This document shows, piece by piece, positions 48,741 through 59,800 of a stretch of DNA of 64,000 nucleotides. Origin of the DNA: Sphaerodactylus townsendi (lineage: Eukaryota). Position numbers and translations under genes: made by a program. The stretch's first letter is position 1; each line of letters begins with the position of its first letter. Location of the stretch: positions 29,698,001 through 29,762,000 of the forward strand of contig NC_059425.1 in NCBI RefSeq assembly GCF_021028975.2. Direction: 5' to 3'. The notes below the pieces were generated by a model. That model was not told the DNA's origin. It saw only the letters and a program-made list of their open reading frames with translations, and ran no database searches.

Positions 48741-49431
48741 TCCTGCAGCAGGTTGAAAAGAGGATCCTTAGAGAGGGGACCTTCCAGTTTGCTTTTGGGA
48801 AAACAGAAGATGTTTAAAGATCCATGCTGTCTGGGTACCGGTCTGCTCTTCTATGCTCAAAAGTGCACATTTGTAAACTGAGGTGCGTTCATATATGCGC
48901 TGACCTAGCTGCAAGTATATCTGTTATTCTGTCAATTGCATTTCTAGTGCCTGCCTCAGCATGGAGGTAGAGATGGTTGTGATTTGGCTTTGATGCAGTG
49001 CTTGTCCTTGGAGATACTCAGAAAGCAGCAAAGGAATTGCACTCTGTTTCTGAAGCTTAGCATAACTGTGGTGGGGATAAGTTCCTGCCACTGATAACCT
49101 GTTCAAGTTACTCACAGTGCCAATCCAAGCAGAGTTTTTATGTTTTTATTCCATTTCTATACTATAGCAGCAGCTTCTTGGTATCCCAACTTAAAAGCTG
49201 CAGGACTGGGAAAGAGTCTGCTGTAGAACCTGGAAAGCTGTTGCTGGTGAGAACAGACAATTTTGGCCTATGGGTGGACCAACTGTCAAGTCTACTTGTT
49301 ATTTTTGCTTATGTTACCACTAATTTACTGCTGGCCTGGTGCTGAGGAGCTTGGGATTTGGCAGGCTAGTCCCCCTGCATAGATCCTGATCCTCTGACAT
49401 GCTGTAGTAGTAGGGCTGCCAACCTCAATCT

Positions 49432-49574
49432 TAGGTGTCAAACTCAGGCCCGCCAGATGTTCATGGATTACAATTCCCAGCAGCCCCTGCTAACATGGCC
49501 AATTGGCCATGCTGGCATGGGCTGATGGGAATCATAGTCCATGAACACCTGGAGGGCCAGAGTTTGACACCTGT
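49432..49574. mobile_element. Palindromic hAT MITE (same family as 29272)
   Basis: AGGTGTCAAACTC...GAGTTTGACACCT ends with the same internal TACAATTCCCA / GGCCAATTGGCC core. Confidence 0.8.
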
Positions 49575-49660
49575 CATCCATAGTGAAAATGGGGTAGGCT
49601 GCTCAAAGGTTAACAATCCAAACAAGCACCTGTATGGCTAATGGTATTATCGTACCAATA

Positions 49661-50164
49661 TTTCTAATATTCAGCAAACATTTAAACCATTATAAATGAG
49701 CTTTTATACTGTGTTAAACTTAACAACACAAACAATACCTACACAGGCTTATTGCTGTGCGATCATTTATACAAAGAAACTTTGAGCTTTGAATAGAAGG
49801 TATTGAGACCAGAGCGGAGTAACAGGCCAGAGTCTCTATCCTGGAGAGTCAGTTCTTATATAGCAGAGCAAAAAAGATTTTTTGTAGCCTTTTTGGAAAA
49901 GGATTTTTTTTTTAATTACAAGATAACGCACCTCTGTGAAGGTTTCATGAAGTAATTCAACAACTGGGGAATGACAGCCAATGTGCATATTTTTCATGTT
50001 AATTTGTTGTTGTGATGCCTTTGTAGAGGGACTATTTGGTTTAAGTTTCTTTGTATAAATGATCACACAATAATAAGCCTGTGTAGATACTGTTTATGTT
50101 GTTAAGTTTAACACAGTATAAAAGCTTATTTATAATTACTTACTTGTCTATTAAATATTAGAAA
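49661..50164. repeat. AT-rich inverted repeat, ~120-bp arms with ~260-bp spacer
   Basis: AGCTTTTATACTGTGTTAAACTTAACAACA...ATCATTTATACAAAGAAACTT mirrored by AAGTTTCTTTGTATAAATGATC...TGTTGTTAAGTTTAACACAGTATAAAAGCT. Confidence 0.8.
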
Positions 50165-50930
50165 CCTCTAGGTTATAGCTAGAGATTTCCTGGCATTACA
50201 ACTGATCTCTAGGGGACTGAGATCAGTTCACCTAGAGAAAACGGCTGCTTTGGAAGGTAGATTCTCTATAGCATTATACCCTACTGAAGTCCCTCCCCTT
50301 CTCAAGCTCTGCCTTTCTCAGGCTTCATCCTTCAAATTTCCAGGTATTTCCCAATCTGGAGCTGTCATCCCTATGTGCCTTACGTGCCAGCGATGCGTTG
50401 CATTTGCCATGCAATGTACTGGATATTCCTGTCCAATGTACTCAGAGTGTACTTCAGATTCAGGTCCTCAGATGATCTAGCGAACATTTAAAAAGTGGAG
50501 TGTTAGGGTGCTGGCATTGTGTTGCCATACAGTGAGATTTTCTTTTGTTGTTTATCTCACCTCTGGCTGTTCTAAATTATTTTTCTCTTATTGCTATAGT
50601 AATCTCTCTTCCCCTCTCACTCACAAAAGTCCATTCAATTAAATGTCCCCAAATAAAATACAGTACAAATCAATAACATACAGTACAAATCAATAAGAAG
50701 TCTGTCAAAAGTCCATATCCCTCTTCCATCCCATTTATCAATCCAACTCAAAGGCTCTCTAAAAAGGCCAGTCTCAAAAACTGACTGGAAAAGCCTTTGG
50801 AAAACAGCCATTCTCTCCTGTGAGGAGACTCAAGACAGCTTACAAACTCCTTTCCCTTCCTCTTCCCACACAAGATTGTGATTGTGAGGTAGGAGGAACG
50901 GAGAGCGTTCTGAGAGAACTTTGACTAGCC

Positions 50931-51068
50931 CAGGGGTCTGCAACCTGTGGCTCTCCAGATGTTCATGGACTACAATTCCCATCAGCCCCTGCCAGCTTGG
51001 CCAAGTGGCAGGGCTGATGGGAATTGTACTCCATGAACATCTGGAGTGCCACGGGTTGCAGACCCCTG
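50931..51068. mobile_element. Palindromic hAT MITE nested in a SINE
   Basis: TIRs CAGGGGTCTGCAACC with an exact TSD GACTAGCC, splitting the SINE at about 50810-51228. Confidence 0.9.
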
Positions 51069-51524
51069 GACTAGCCCAAGGTCACTCAACAGGAATGTAG
51101 GAAAGGGGAAACAAATCCAGTTCACCAGTTAAGAATTCGCCAGATAAGAATGTGGAGGAGTGGGAAATGAAACCCATTTTTCCAGATTAGAGTCCATCTG
51201 CTTGTAACTACTACACCATGCTGGCTCTCAAAAGAAAAAGCCCCAGGATCTGGCATTCCCAGTGCAAGAATCTAAGTAACAGGCATAGGGCGGGGTGGGG
51301 CAGTGGGGAGGACTTGGTCTGAGTGGCTGATGTTGGGTGTTCTTTTTTTTAAAGGAAGGGCCAGACTGACCCTCAATGTATTTATTTTGCTTCTTTTTTT
51401 AGAGGCTGCAGAGAAGGGTTGAAGGAAGGTATGTTTTATATGTGGGTCTTATTTAAGTTTTATAGCTCAAGAGCTTGATCTAAAAACAGGTCTGAAAGAA
51501 AGGAAGGGCTTTGGAGTGGCTCAC

Positions 51525-51723
51525 CTCTCTGGGTCTGTGGCTTCGTCCCTTGTCCCTTGCAAAGATGCTGTAAATGAAAGACAAGAAAGTCACATGAGCC
51601 AAGTTAAGTGTAGAGAGCAGCATCTCGCCATCTGTTGAGCCAAAAAGGAAGAAATTTGGCCATATCTGGCTGCTTACTTAAGCATGGTGTCAAGTACTTT
51701 GATTTCTTCTTGGAACCAGGAGC
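51525..51723 (-). CDS. Two candidate upstream micro-exons of the C2orf16-like gene (51723-51678, 46 nt; 51567-51525, 43 nt)
   Basis: Both have strong pyrimidine tracts with AG acceptors and GTAAGC/GTGAGC donors. Phases 0>1>2 join in frame to the 47756 exon, giving APGSKKKSKYLTPCL-TSLQGTRDEATDPE-RLSRTAY. Confidence 0.55.
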
Positions 51724-53337
51724 CTGTCAGAAAACCGAACAAAAAGAATTAGAAAATGTCTTATGTAAAGAGAGCAGAACTTCATATCCTGATTGTTTGT
51801 TTACTTGCTTACTGCATCTGTTTATAACCTGCCTTTATAACCTGTCTAATCTAAAGCCTGCCTCTTACCCTGAATTTTTTAATTGTTTGGATGGTCCAGT
51901 GGGTGGTGATCAGAAACAAAGGGACCAGTAGTAAGTCGCAAATGCTTGGGGTGTTATTTAGCAGACACGCCAGCATGATCCTGGAGCCACGTTGGAATAA
52001 CAGCAGCTGCTCAGACAACCACCAGGCTGGGAAATCTCAGGGCTCCCCCGCTGAGGTCATGCCTACATCACAAATGTCTTTTGCAGCCCACCCTGACTTG
52101 ACTGCCAGGCCTTCCCTTATCCCTGGCTAGCTGCACATTTGTCCCCCAGCCTGTCCAGCTGGAGCTCATATAAGTGCTTAGAACCTCAAATGAGAGAATG
52201 TGGTGTTCAGATCAAGCCTGTACACTCCCTGATCAAGAAGACTCCTAAATTTAGTGAAGAGAAAGGCAGAGAGACATCTTTATCTTTTTGCTTGTTCCTG
52301 GCCATGAACATTTATCCCAGTGGACAATTAATACCTCCTCTGGGCTGTTTCACATGAGGAAAACACTTCCAGAGAAGGCTGAAGGCTGTTCTACTTGTGT
52401 ACCACAGTCCCAAAATGTACAGCTGCCAACTTCTGGGGGGCCTGGTTGACCTGCAGTCTGCAGAGATCAGTTCCTTTGGAAGAGGTTGCTTTGGAGGGTG
52501 CACTCTATGGCATTATAACCTGGTGAAGTTTCTCCCATCCCCAAACACTGCCCTCTCAAGGTTTCAGCACCAAATCTCCTGGATTTTTTCCAACCTGGAG
52601 CTGGCAACCCAAATCTTAGCCTATTCACAGCTGAGAGCCCTAGAACAATGTCAGTTGGGGGATAGGACAGGACATGGACTTTGCAGCCTGCAAACTGGCC
52701 ATTGGATTAACAAAATGAGTACTCCAGAACATCCCATCATCTCAAGAATTAACATCTTGGAGAGAAGGAGGGGGAGAATGCAGCAATTATCCTTATATTC
52801 CTAGTTTGCTTTTCAGAAATTGTCTCCCAGAGTGATTCGTGTCAGTAAAGGCAGTCATATAATTAGAATGTACAGACAATTGGGCCCACCAAACTGATGT
52901 TCCCTCACGGTCTTGTTTCGATGGAACAGATGGAATTATTCTAAGGCCCTTATTCTCCTGGTTCGTACCAAAGGTGAGCATGTCCTTGTCTACATTGTCT
53001 ACTCAGAAATTCTAAAAAGTCAGCGGGTAAACCTTTTAATCTCAAGGATCAAACCACTGGAGCCTTCTAACAGTCATCATTAAAGCTGTTTTTAAATGGG
53101 TGCATGAAAACAATTTATACAGGCTTTTGTATCAACCAAGGCCTACACAGGGATTATGCTCCTGATAATAAAAAATGGTGGTGGTGGTGGTGGGGGGGCA
53201 TTGTTTTTGTACCTTTGACTAGCCACTGTGTAATCCCTTTAAGAGTTCCTGCATAAATATTCCACCAATGGATAAAATGTGCAGTCCAGTTTCACTGTCT
53301 TCTTATGAAATAGATAATAGCTTCAAAACATCTAAGG

Positions 53338-53515
53338 CAGTGGTTCTCAACCGTCCTAATGCTGTGACCCTTTAATACAGTTCCTCATGTTGTGGTGACC
53401 CCCAACCCTAACATTTATCAGATGGAGAACACTGATGCAGAGAGTCTTAGGCGACCCCTGTGAAAGGGTCGTTCAACCCCCAAAGAGATCCCGACCCACA
53501 GGTTCAGAACCACTG
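53338..53515. mobile_element. SPIN (Space Invader)/URR1-like non-autonomous hAT MITE
   Basis: CAGTGGTTCTCAACC.TCCTAATGC..TGACCCTTTAATACAGTTCCTCATGTTGTGGTGACCCCCAACC...GTCTTAGGCGACCCCTGTGAAAGGGTCGTTC...GACCCACAGGTT.AGAACCACTG with an exact TSD ATCTAAGG. Confidence 0.88.
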
Positions 53516-53954
53516 ATCTAAGGAGTGCAAGGGGATCTTCACAACTCCAAACAAATTTCACATGTTGTAAGTTAAAAGTATTTTCAAAGGATGTTAATTT
53601 TAATAATTTTGTTTGCCTCCCAAACTCTTTGTTTTTTATGAAGGTTCTGAATAAAACTCCAATAAATAAGCTGGTATCTTGTTCATATCCTCCTAAAAGG
53701 TAAAAGTCCCCTATGTAAGTACTGGATCATTCCTGACCTATGGGGTTGTTGCCGCAGAAGGCAGCAAGCAGGCTTACCCAACTCCCGACGGGAGGGACAT
53801 TCCAAGAAAATTTTATTGAATCCAACAGCACCTCCGGTAGCAATGGTAGGGGATCAATGAACTGGTGAAAAGCAGGGTTTTTTATAGGAACAAACATGGG
53901 AAAGAGTGTCTCCAAAACAATTCAAAATATTCAAACATTGATACATCATTGTAT

Positions 53955-54175
53955 TGTCCAAGGCTTTCACGGCTGGATTCAACTGGTTGTGATGGGTTTT
54001 CCGGGCTGTGTGGCCATGGGCTGGTAGATCTTGTTCCTAACGTTTCACCTGCATCTGTGGCTGGCATCTTCTTGGTGATACACCTCTGAAGATGCCAGCC
54101 ACAGATGCAGGCAAAATGTTAGGAACAAGATCTACCAGACCACGGCCACACAGCCCGGAAAACCCACCACAACTA
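53955..54175. mobile_element. Penelope-like element ends in inverted (tail-out) arrangement
   Basis: GGTTTTCCGGGCTGTGTGGCC...GATCTTGTTCCTAACGTTTC and its reverse complement. Similar pairs at 30900-31048 and 59577-59808, single ends at 5630-5870, 12085-12145 and 59314-59420. Confidence 0.8.
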
Positions 54176-56239
54176 ACTGATACATCAGTTTGCAAAGTAC
54201 TGGTATCTTGATGGCAACGGTTAGGATTTCAACATCTGTTTTCTCAGGCAGCACCTAGATATCTTACCCAGCTAATACAACAAAAGGAATCCTTTTACAA
54301 CATTTGATGGCGCTTTTAGAAATGCAGATGTTTTCTGTAATCCTATTTGAAGGCTAAATGTGCTTGATTGTGGAACACAGGGAATGTCTTAAGACAACAT
54401 TGGGGTGGGAGACAGGGCAGCTTATCAGTATTCAGAGACAGAAATTCTACTTCAGTTTAACAAACATTCTGCAAAACTATCTTCATAAAGGCTAACAGGC
54501 AAGTAACATCACAAGCTTCATAATATCATTTTCCTACAAATTATAAACATACAAAAATAGGAATACAATGTAGTAGAAACAGGTACATTGGAATCTTTAG
54601 GGCTGAAATCATGGATCTTTGAACAAAATAAATCATTCTCCTTAAGGCACACACCCAGTATTCTCAAGGACCCTTGGGGCAGACTACATGGTTTCCTGAT
54701 ATATTCCTTCAGGAAAGGACTATCCTTTCTGCAAGTCAAAAGGACTTTTATTCTTCCATGGGCCTTTGTTATCACATCCTGTGTATGTAACAGCTTGCAT
54801 GTCAGCACCGTGGTGCGGTAAGGGCTTGGGCTGAATATGGCTCAGTGTGGGATTCTGGGATATAAAATTGGCCAACAATTAAAATCAGAGAGAAAATAAT
54901 TATGCTGTTACAGGGTGATGTTACATCACGACACTTATTAGGCAAACTATATATTTGGGCAGGATTGCCATTGCCTTTCCCAGTTTATCCCAAGTAAGCT
55001 GGGTACCCATTTTACTGACTTCAAAAGGATGGAATGCTGATTCAACCTTGAGCTGGTTACCTGAAACTATTCTTATTATGACCGAGCAAGAATGATGCTG
55101 AAGGACTCTGGCATGAACAGAAATTGCAGCAACAGGAAACTGTTTAAGCATACCTGAACACTAAAATCAGCAATCCCCCCAAATGGTGTCCAAGGTCGTC
55201 ACTGTGTTTCCTGGCACCCATTTGCTTCTTCCTTAAACTCTCTCTTCCCTCAAAGCAAAGAGCTGATCCTAACTTCAACTCCTTGGATCAGGAGAAGCTT
55301 GAGAAGGGCCCAGGAAGTATCATGTTTGTATCTGAAGAGAGCACCCATTTGGAATCAGCTGCCTCTGTGGCAGGATGTTTGGTTTGTTTTCCATGTTTTG
55401 CCTGCCCCTTCCTAACCACCAAGAATATACAGAAGGGGGTAATTGTTAATTTCAGATCTTTTGGTGGCTTTTCACAGAAGAGCAAAGGAGGTGTTTCTTG
55501 GAGATATCTTTGTGCAACCTTTGATGGAGGCAGGATCCAGATCAAGAAAACCCTCATTTAATAAATAACTTTACACACAGTGGATCCCCCTAACTTCTTA
55601 GGTGCTGCTTGGTGTCACGCTTAGTTATCACAAGATTATGCTGGTCGCACAAAGACTCTGTGTGGTGGGCTAGCAGTCTCTCATGCTTCTCATAGCCAGT
55701 CTGCCCTGTGCTATTCACTAGTTTCTTTTCTGACATTCCACTAATTTTAATCAGGGTTGTCTTCCTCAAGTGTCAGGATCTCTGAAATAAGCCCAGTTTC
55801 CTTCTCACTTCCTTGATCTTCTTCCCCTCAATGTTCAACTGCCAGTTCCACCTCCCGCTCCACCATTCCAGAAACCATGGCAACACAGTTGCCTGGAGCT
55901 GTGCTTGTGAATGCTCTCTTGATTTTTGCATTTGCTGACATTTCCTCTCCCTTTCACAACCCCCCCCCCCGCCCATCTGTTGTGATTTTACTGAGAAGCT
56001 TATAACAAGGGACAGTTGGGGAGATACAAAATCGGTAAAACTAACATTCTCAAAAAAAAATTGAATAACAAAATACGTTACACCAGATTCTTCAAGTGCA
56101 GATACCAGGGATTGAACCTGGAACTTTCAGCACGCAAAGCACGTGCTGCATCTATCCCTCTCGAACAGAGTATGTATAAGAATAAATCCACGAAGTAGTA
56201 TTCTGTAATGGACCATAGCCGCGTATTGCATCTACATTG

Positions 56240-56810
56240 GCAACTACAATCCCCAGAGTGCAAGGGAGTGGATCTGATACCTGCTGCGTTCTTAACGTGC
56301 TCTACCACCCAACAGTACTTGGGCAGAGAAGAGATAGAAGAGCAACTCATAATTTTGGAACTCTTATCCATATACAGACTAACTAAACTCAATGCCAGTT
56401 TTGAATTACTCTGCATTCTTTGTTCCTGCCCATTAAGTATCTTTTTCGGAAATCAGAAGAACTCTACTGTTTTATTAGAAGGTTCAAGAGCGACCGATTC
56501 TTATATACTTCCGCCACTCTTGCCCCGCATAGGGAAAACCTCACCGGAAGTGTTAAACACCTCCGTAGAACATGGCAGAGTGGCTTCGCTCTTGTCATCT
56601 CTATGATGAAAAATTCGCCAGACTTCCGTATATCGGCTGTTGAAAATCGGAAGTGACTGTCTCAACAGACGTATGATATTCTGCCCCGCGGGCCCAACTT
56701 AAAAACGTCACGTCCGAAACGTCATCTGAAACCGGAAGTGGTTCTCTGCGAGTTGCCGTTGGTATCTTACGAGTGTTTTTGGCGAAAAGAAATACTTGGG
56801 GCTGTTGCCA
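56240..56810 (+). promoter_or_regulatory. CCDC25: CCDC25 housekeeping-type promoter
   Basis: Several ETS/GABP sites (CCGGAAGTG at 56544 and 56731, CGGAAGTG at 56648), CRE-like ACGTCA motifs at about 56705-56725, a ZNF143/THAP11 motif ACTACAATCCCCAGAGTGCA at 56243-56262, and CpG enrichment. Confidence 0.75.
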
Positions 56811-59800
56811 TGGTGTTTTACTTCACGTCCAGTGGTAAGTGTGGCCTGACTCTGCCTATAGGGCGCTAAGAGGGTTATTTATGGCAGGCCCCCCCTTTGA
56901 GTTTCCATGCCTGGGTCTGCTCATACGATGAGTTGGATATTGGAGCTGGAGAACTTGAAAACTCGTCTTTCAACTGAGTCTGTTCTCAAAACGACTGGAA
57001 ATGAAGCATTAAAACCTCTCGGGTGGAGTGGGGGGGCATGGTGGTTTCTGTCCCAAGTTGTTTAACAGTGTACATTTCACAGAGAAGCTGTGAAGGGGTT
57101 GGGGAGGAGGTGAGGGCAAACTGGAGAAGGCTTGACGTGGAGCTGCATATATATAATAAAAGGTAGAACAATGTAAAATGACAAACAGAAGTTCAGTGGT
57201 TGCAGTATCTCCCACCTAGAGGGAGGAAATGGATGGAAGGGCTCCTGGAACCTCATAACCTGCATAATTGTGATTTTCCCAGCCCTTTCCCCAAATTGCT
57301 GCCTTCCTGACAGATGTAGTTCCTTATTCCTTCTCATTCACTTTCTTCTGGTCAGCTTCTGCAGGAAGACTTGATGCCCCCCCCCCCCCCCAGCACTGTT
57401 GTATGTGTTTGTTCTATGTATACCCTGTTTTTCCTCAAGTGTAGATAGAGTGGTATGTGTGGGGCTTTCTCTTTTTGATCCTCTGAAGTTACTTTAGGCT
57501 AAGTGGTGGTGCTCAGCCAGTGCCTTTGTGAGAATGTCCCAGATGCAAGTCAGGCACACTTTCTTTTTGTGTACTCCCCTGTGTGATCAAAGTTATGAAC
57601 AAACCTGAAAAACAAATTTAAATGAGATTTCAGTGAATCTGAAGAAGTGTGCATACACATGAAAGCTTATACCAAGACTAAAACTTTGTTGGTATTAAAG
57701 GTGCCGCTGGACTCAAAATTATTTCTGCTGCTTCAGACCATCGCAGCTACTCACCTCAATCTATCAAAATGGGGTTAGTACTCATAAAATACTCATAAAG
57801 TACTCATAAAATGAGATTAGTATTCATGAAACCGTATACTTCTTCACTGTGTTCATAATATCACTTTGGGGGAGCAACAAAATATTGTTCTTTTAAAAAA
57901 TAATATCTACTAATAAAAAACCCAAAACTGTAAGGCATTCTGCAAAATTTGTAGAAAAATATTTAATTATAAATATAAATAATTTAGCAACAAAATCAGG
58001 GTCATTATTAGGTCTGACTTTGTTGTTTTTGTATTAGCCATCCAGTTATCTCCCATTCTGATAGCAAAAGAATAAATGGGACTCAGAGTTAATTCGGTAA
58101 ATAGCGGTTTCTTGGAAATTTGTAGTGCACTTGCTTCCATGCTGTCACGAGAAAATGCTTTTGAATTTGTTTAAAACTGAAACTGAAATGTTGCTTGGTG
58201 AAAATATTACTGAGACTTCTACTAAAATGTCAGATACTAATTTTTCCTCTTTTTCTTCATGGTCTTGTGGGCTATCTGAAAGAGCTTGGGGGACAATTGA
58301 TGCCCCCTGCAGCAGAGTTCAATGCTAGCAAACTTTGCAATGACTTGAAGTACCTAGAACAGAGTATTATAAATTGTTGCATTTTGTTTCTGTTTTCTAG
58401 AATATATCTGTTTGTGCTGTGTATGGTTTAATTCATAATGCTATCTATTTTCCATTTTTTGTTCCTCAGTTGTCCCCTCTGCTTACACCATTTACATGGG
58501 AAAAGATAAATATGAAAGTAAGTACAAAACTTCTTGTAGGTGCCTGACAAGATAAGGTCACTTTTATATGCTTTATTTTAATCAGAGGCCCTGTGGCCTT
58601 TATTTGAAATTTGATGTTCTGATAAATTATGCATATTCCTAAAGAACTCATTGGCACTTATTAATGGAAGTTGGAGTGACAAAAGCTCTCGCCTCTCCTG
58701 ATGAAGGCTGTTTGTTGTGCGCTCTGTATTTTTGTGTCTTTAGTATGACTAAACGCATGTCCATAGCCACCAATACTACGTCAGGGAGTAAATGTCACAC
58801 AAAATTCAGTGTAGCATTGCACCATAAGAGTCAATTTCTTCCTACAAATAATGACATTAGCATAGAGCTGTACACAGTTCAACTTGGAAAGGACACAATT
58901 TTGCCAGTTCCCCTCTTCCACCGCAGACCACCACACTGTAGCCAGTGCTGTTCCTGGTACCCTCCTTCCTGATAGGGGCAGCAGTTCAGGAGCTGCTGTT
59001 GAAGGGAGAGATTATTAATAACTTATTTTCTAGCCCACCAATTTCTTATGGAGACTCAAGATGGGTGATGGTATGTTCTTTCCCTCTTGTTAAACTCCAC
59101 TTAACACAACTTTGGATCTAGGCCTAAACCTGCAGGGCTCTCTTTAATTTTTTGTTCTCATCTTGTAATTCTAACAAATCTCTACATTTCAGATGCCAGC
59201 TGCTTATTCTTTTCAGGGAGTACTCCGTGGAGTTGCAGCACTGGGTGCAAGAGTGCAGGGTTTTTTATGCATGAGGTCCTAGTTCAATCCATTAACAAAA
59301 GGGACTATGAGTATGGGTGCTGTGTGGTTTCCGGGCTGTATGGCCGTGTTCTAGCAGCATTTTCTCCTGACGTTTCGCCTGCATCTGTGGCTGGCATCTT
59401 CAGAGGATCTGATGTTGGGAAAGCAAGTGGAGTATATATATATGGAGTATATATATATATATGAGTAGCTGGGTGGAGGAGATCTTTCTGTGCCTTGGTG
59501 ATCAGTCCCATTTAGTGAAGAGACAGTACAGTGCTGTAGTTTGACTTTGCATAACGCTTTTACATCCAGAATCCACTGGCTATTGGGTGTTTACTGGGCT
59601 GCATGGCCTGGTCTGGTGATTTTAGCTCCTAAAGTTTCACCTGCATCTTGACTGGCATCTTCGGAGGGATGTCGTGGTGAGATGTGCCACAATGTGCTAT
59701 GGAGAGAAACACATCTTACTGTGACATACATCTGAAGATGCCAGCCATAGATGTGGGTGAAATGTTAGGAGCTAAAACCACCAGACCAGAAAACTCACAA

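Noticed and set aside
55061-55107. Candidate micro-exon for the C2orf16-like gene
   Set aside because: The donor comes from a Sauria SINE fragment and the intron to the next donor would be only about 46 nt.
55288-55557. 89-aa minus-strand ORF as first exon of the C2orf16-like gene
   Set aside because: There is an in-frame stop before the nearest donor and no recognisable homology.
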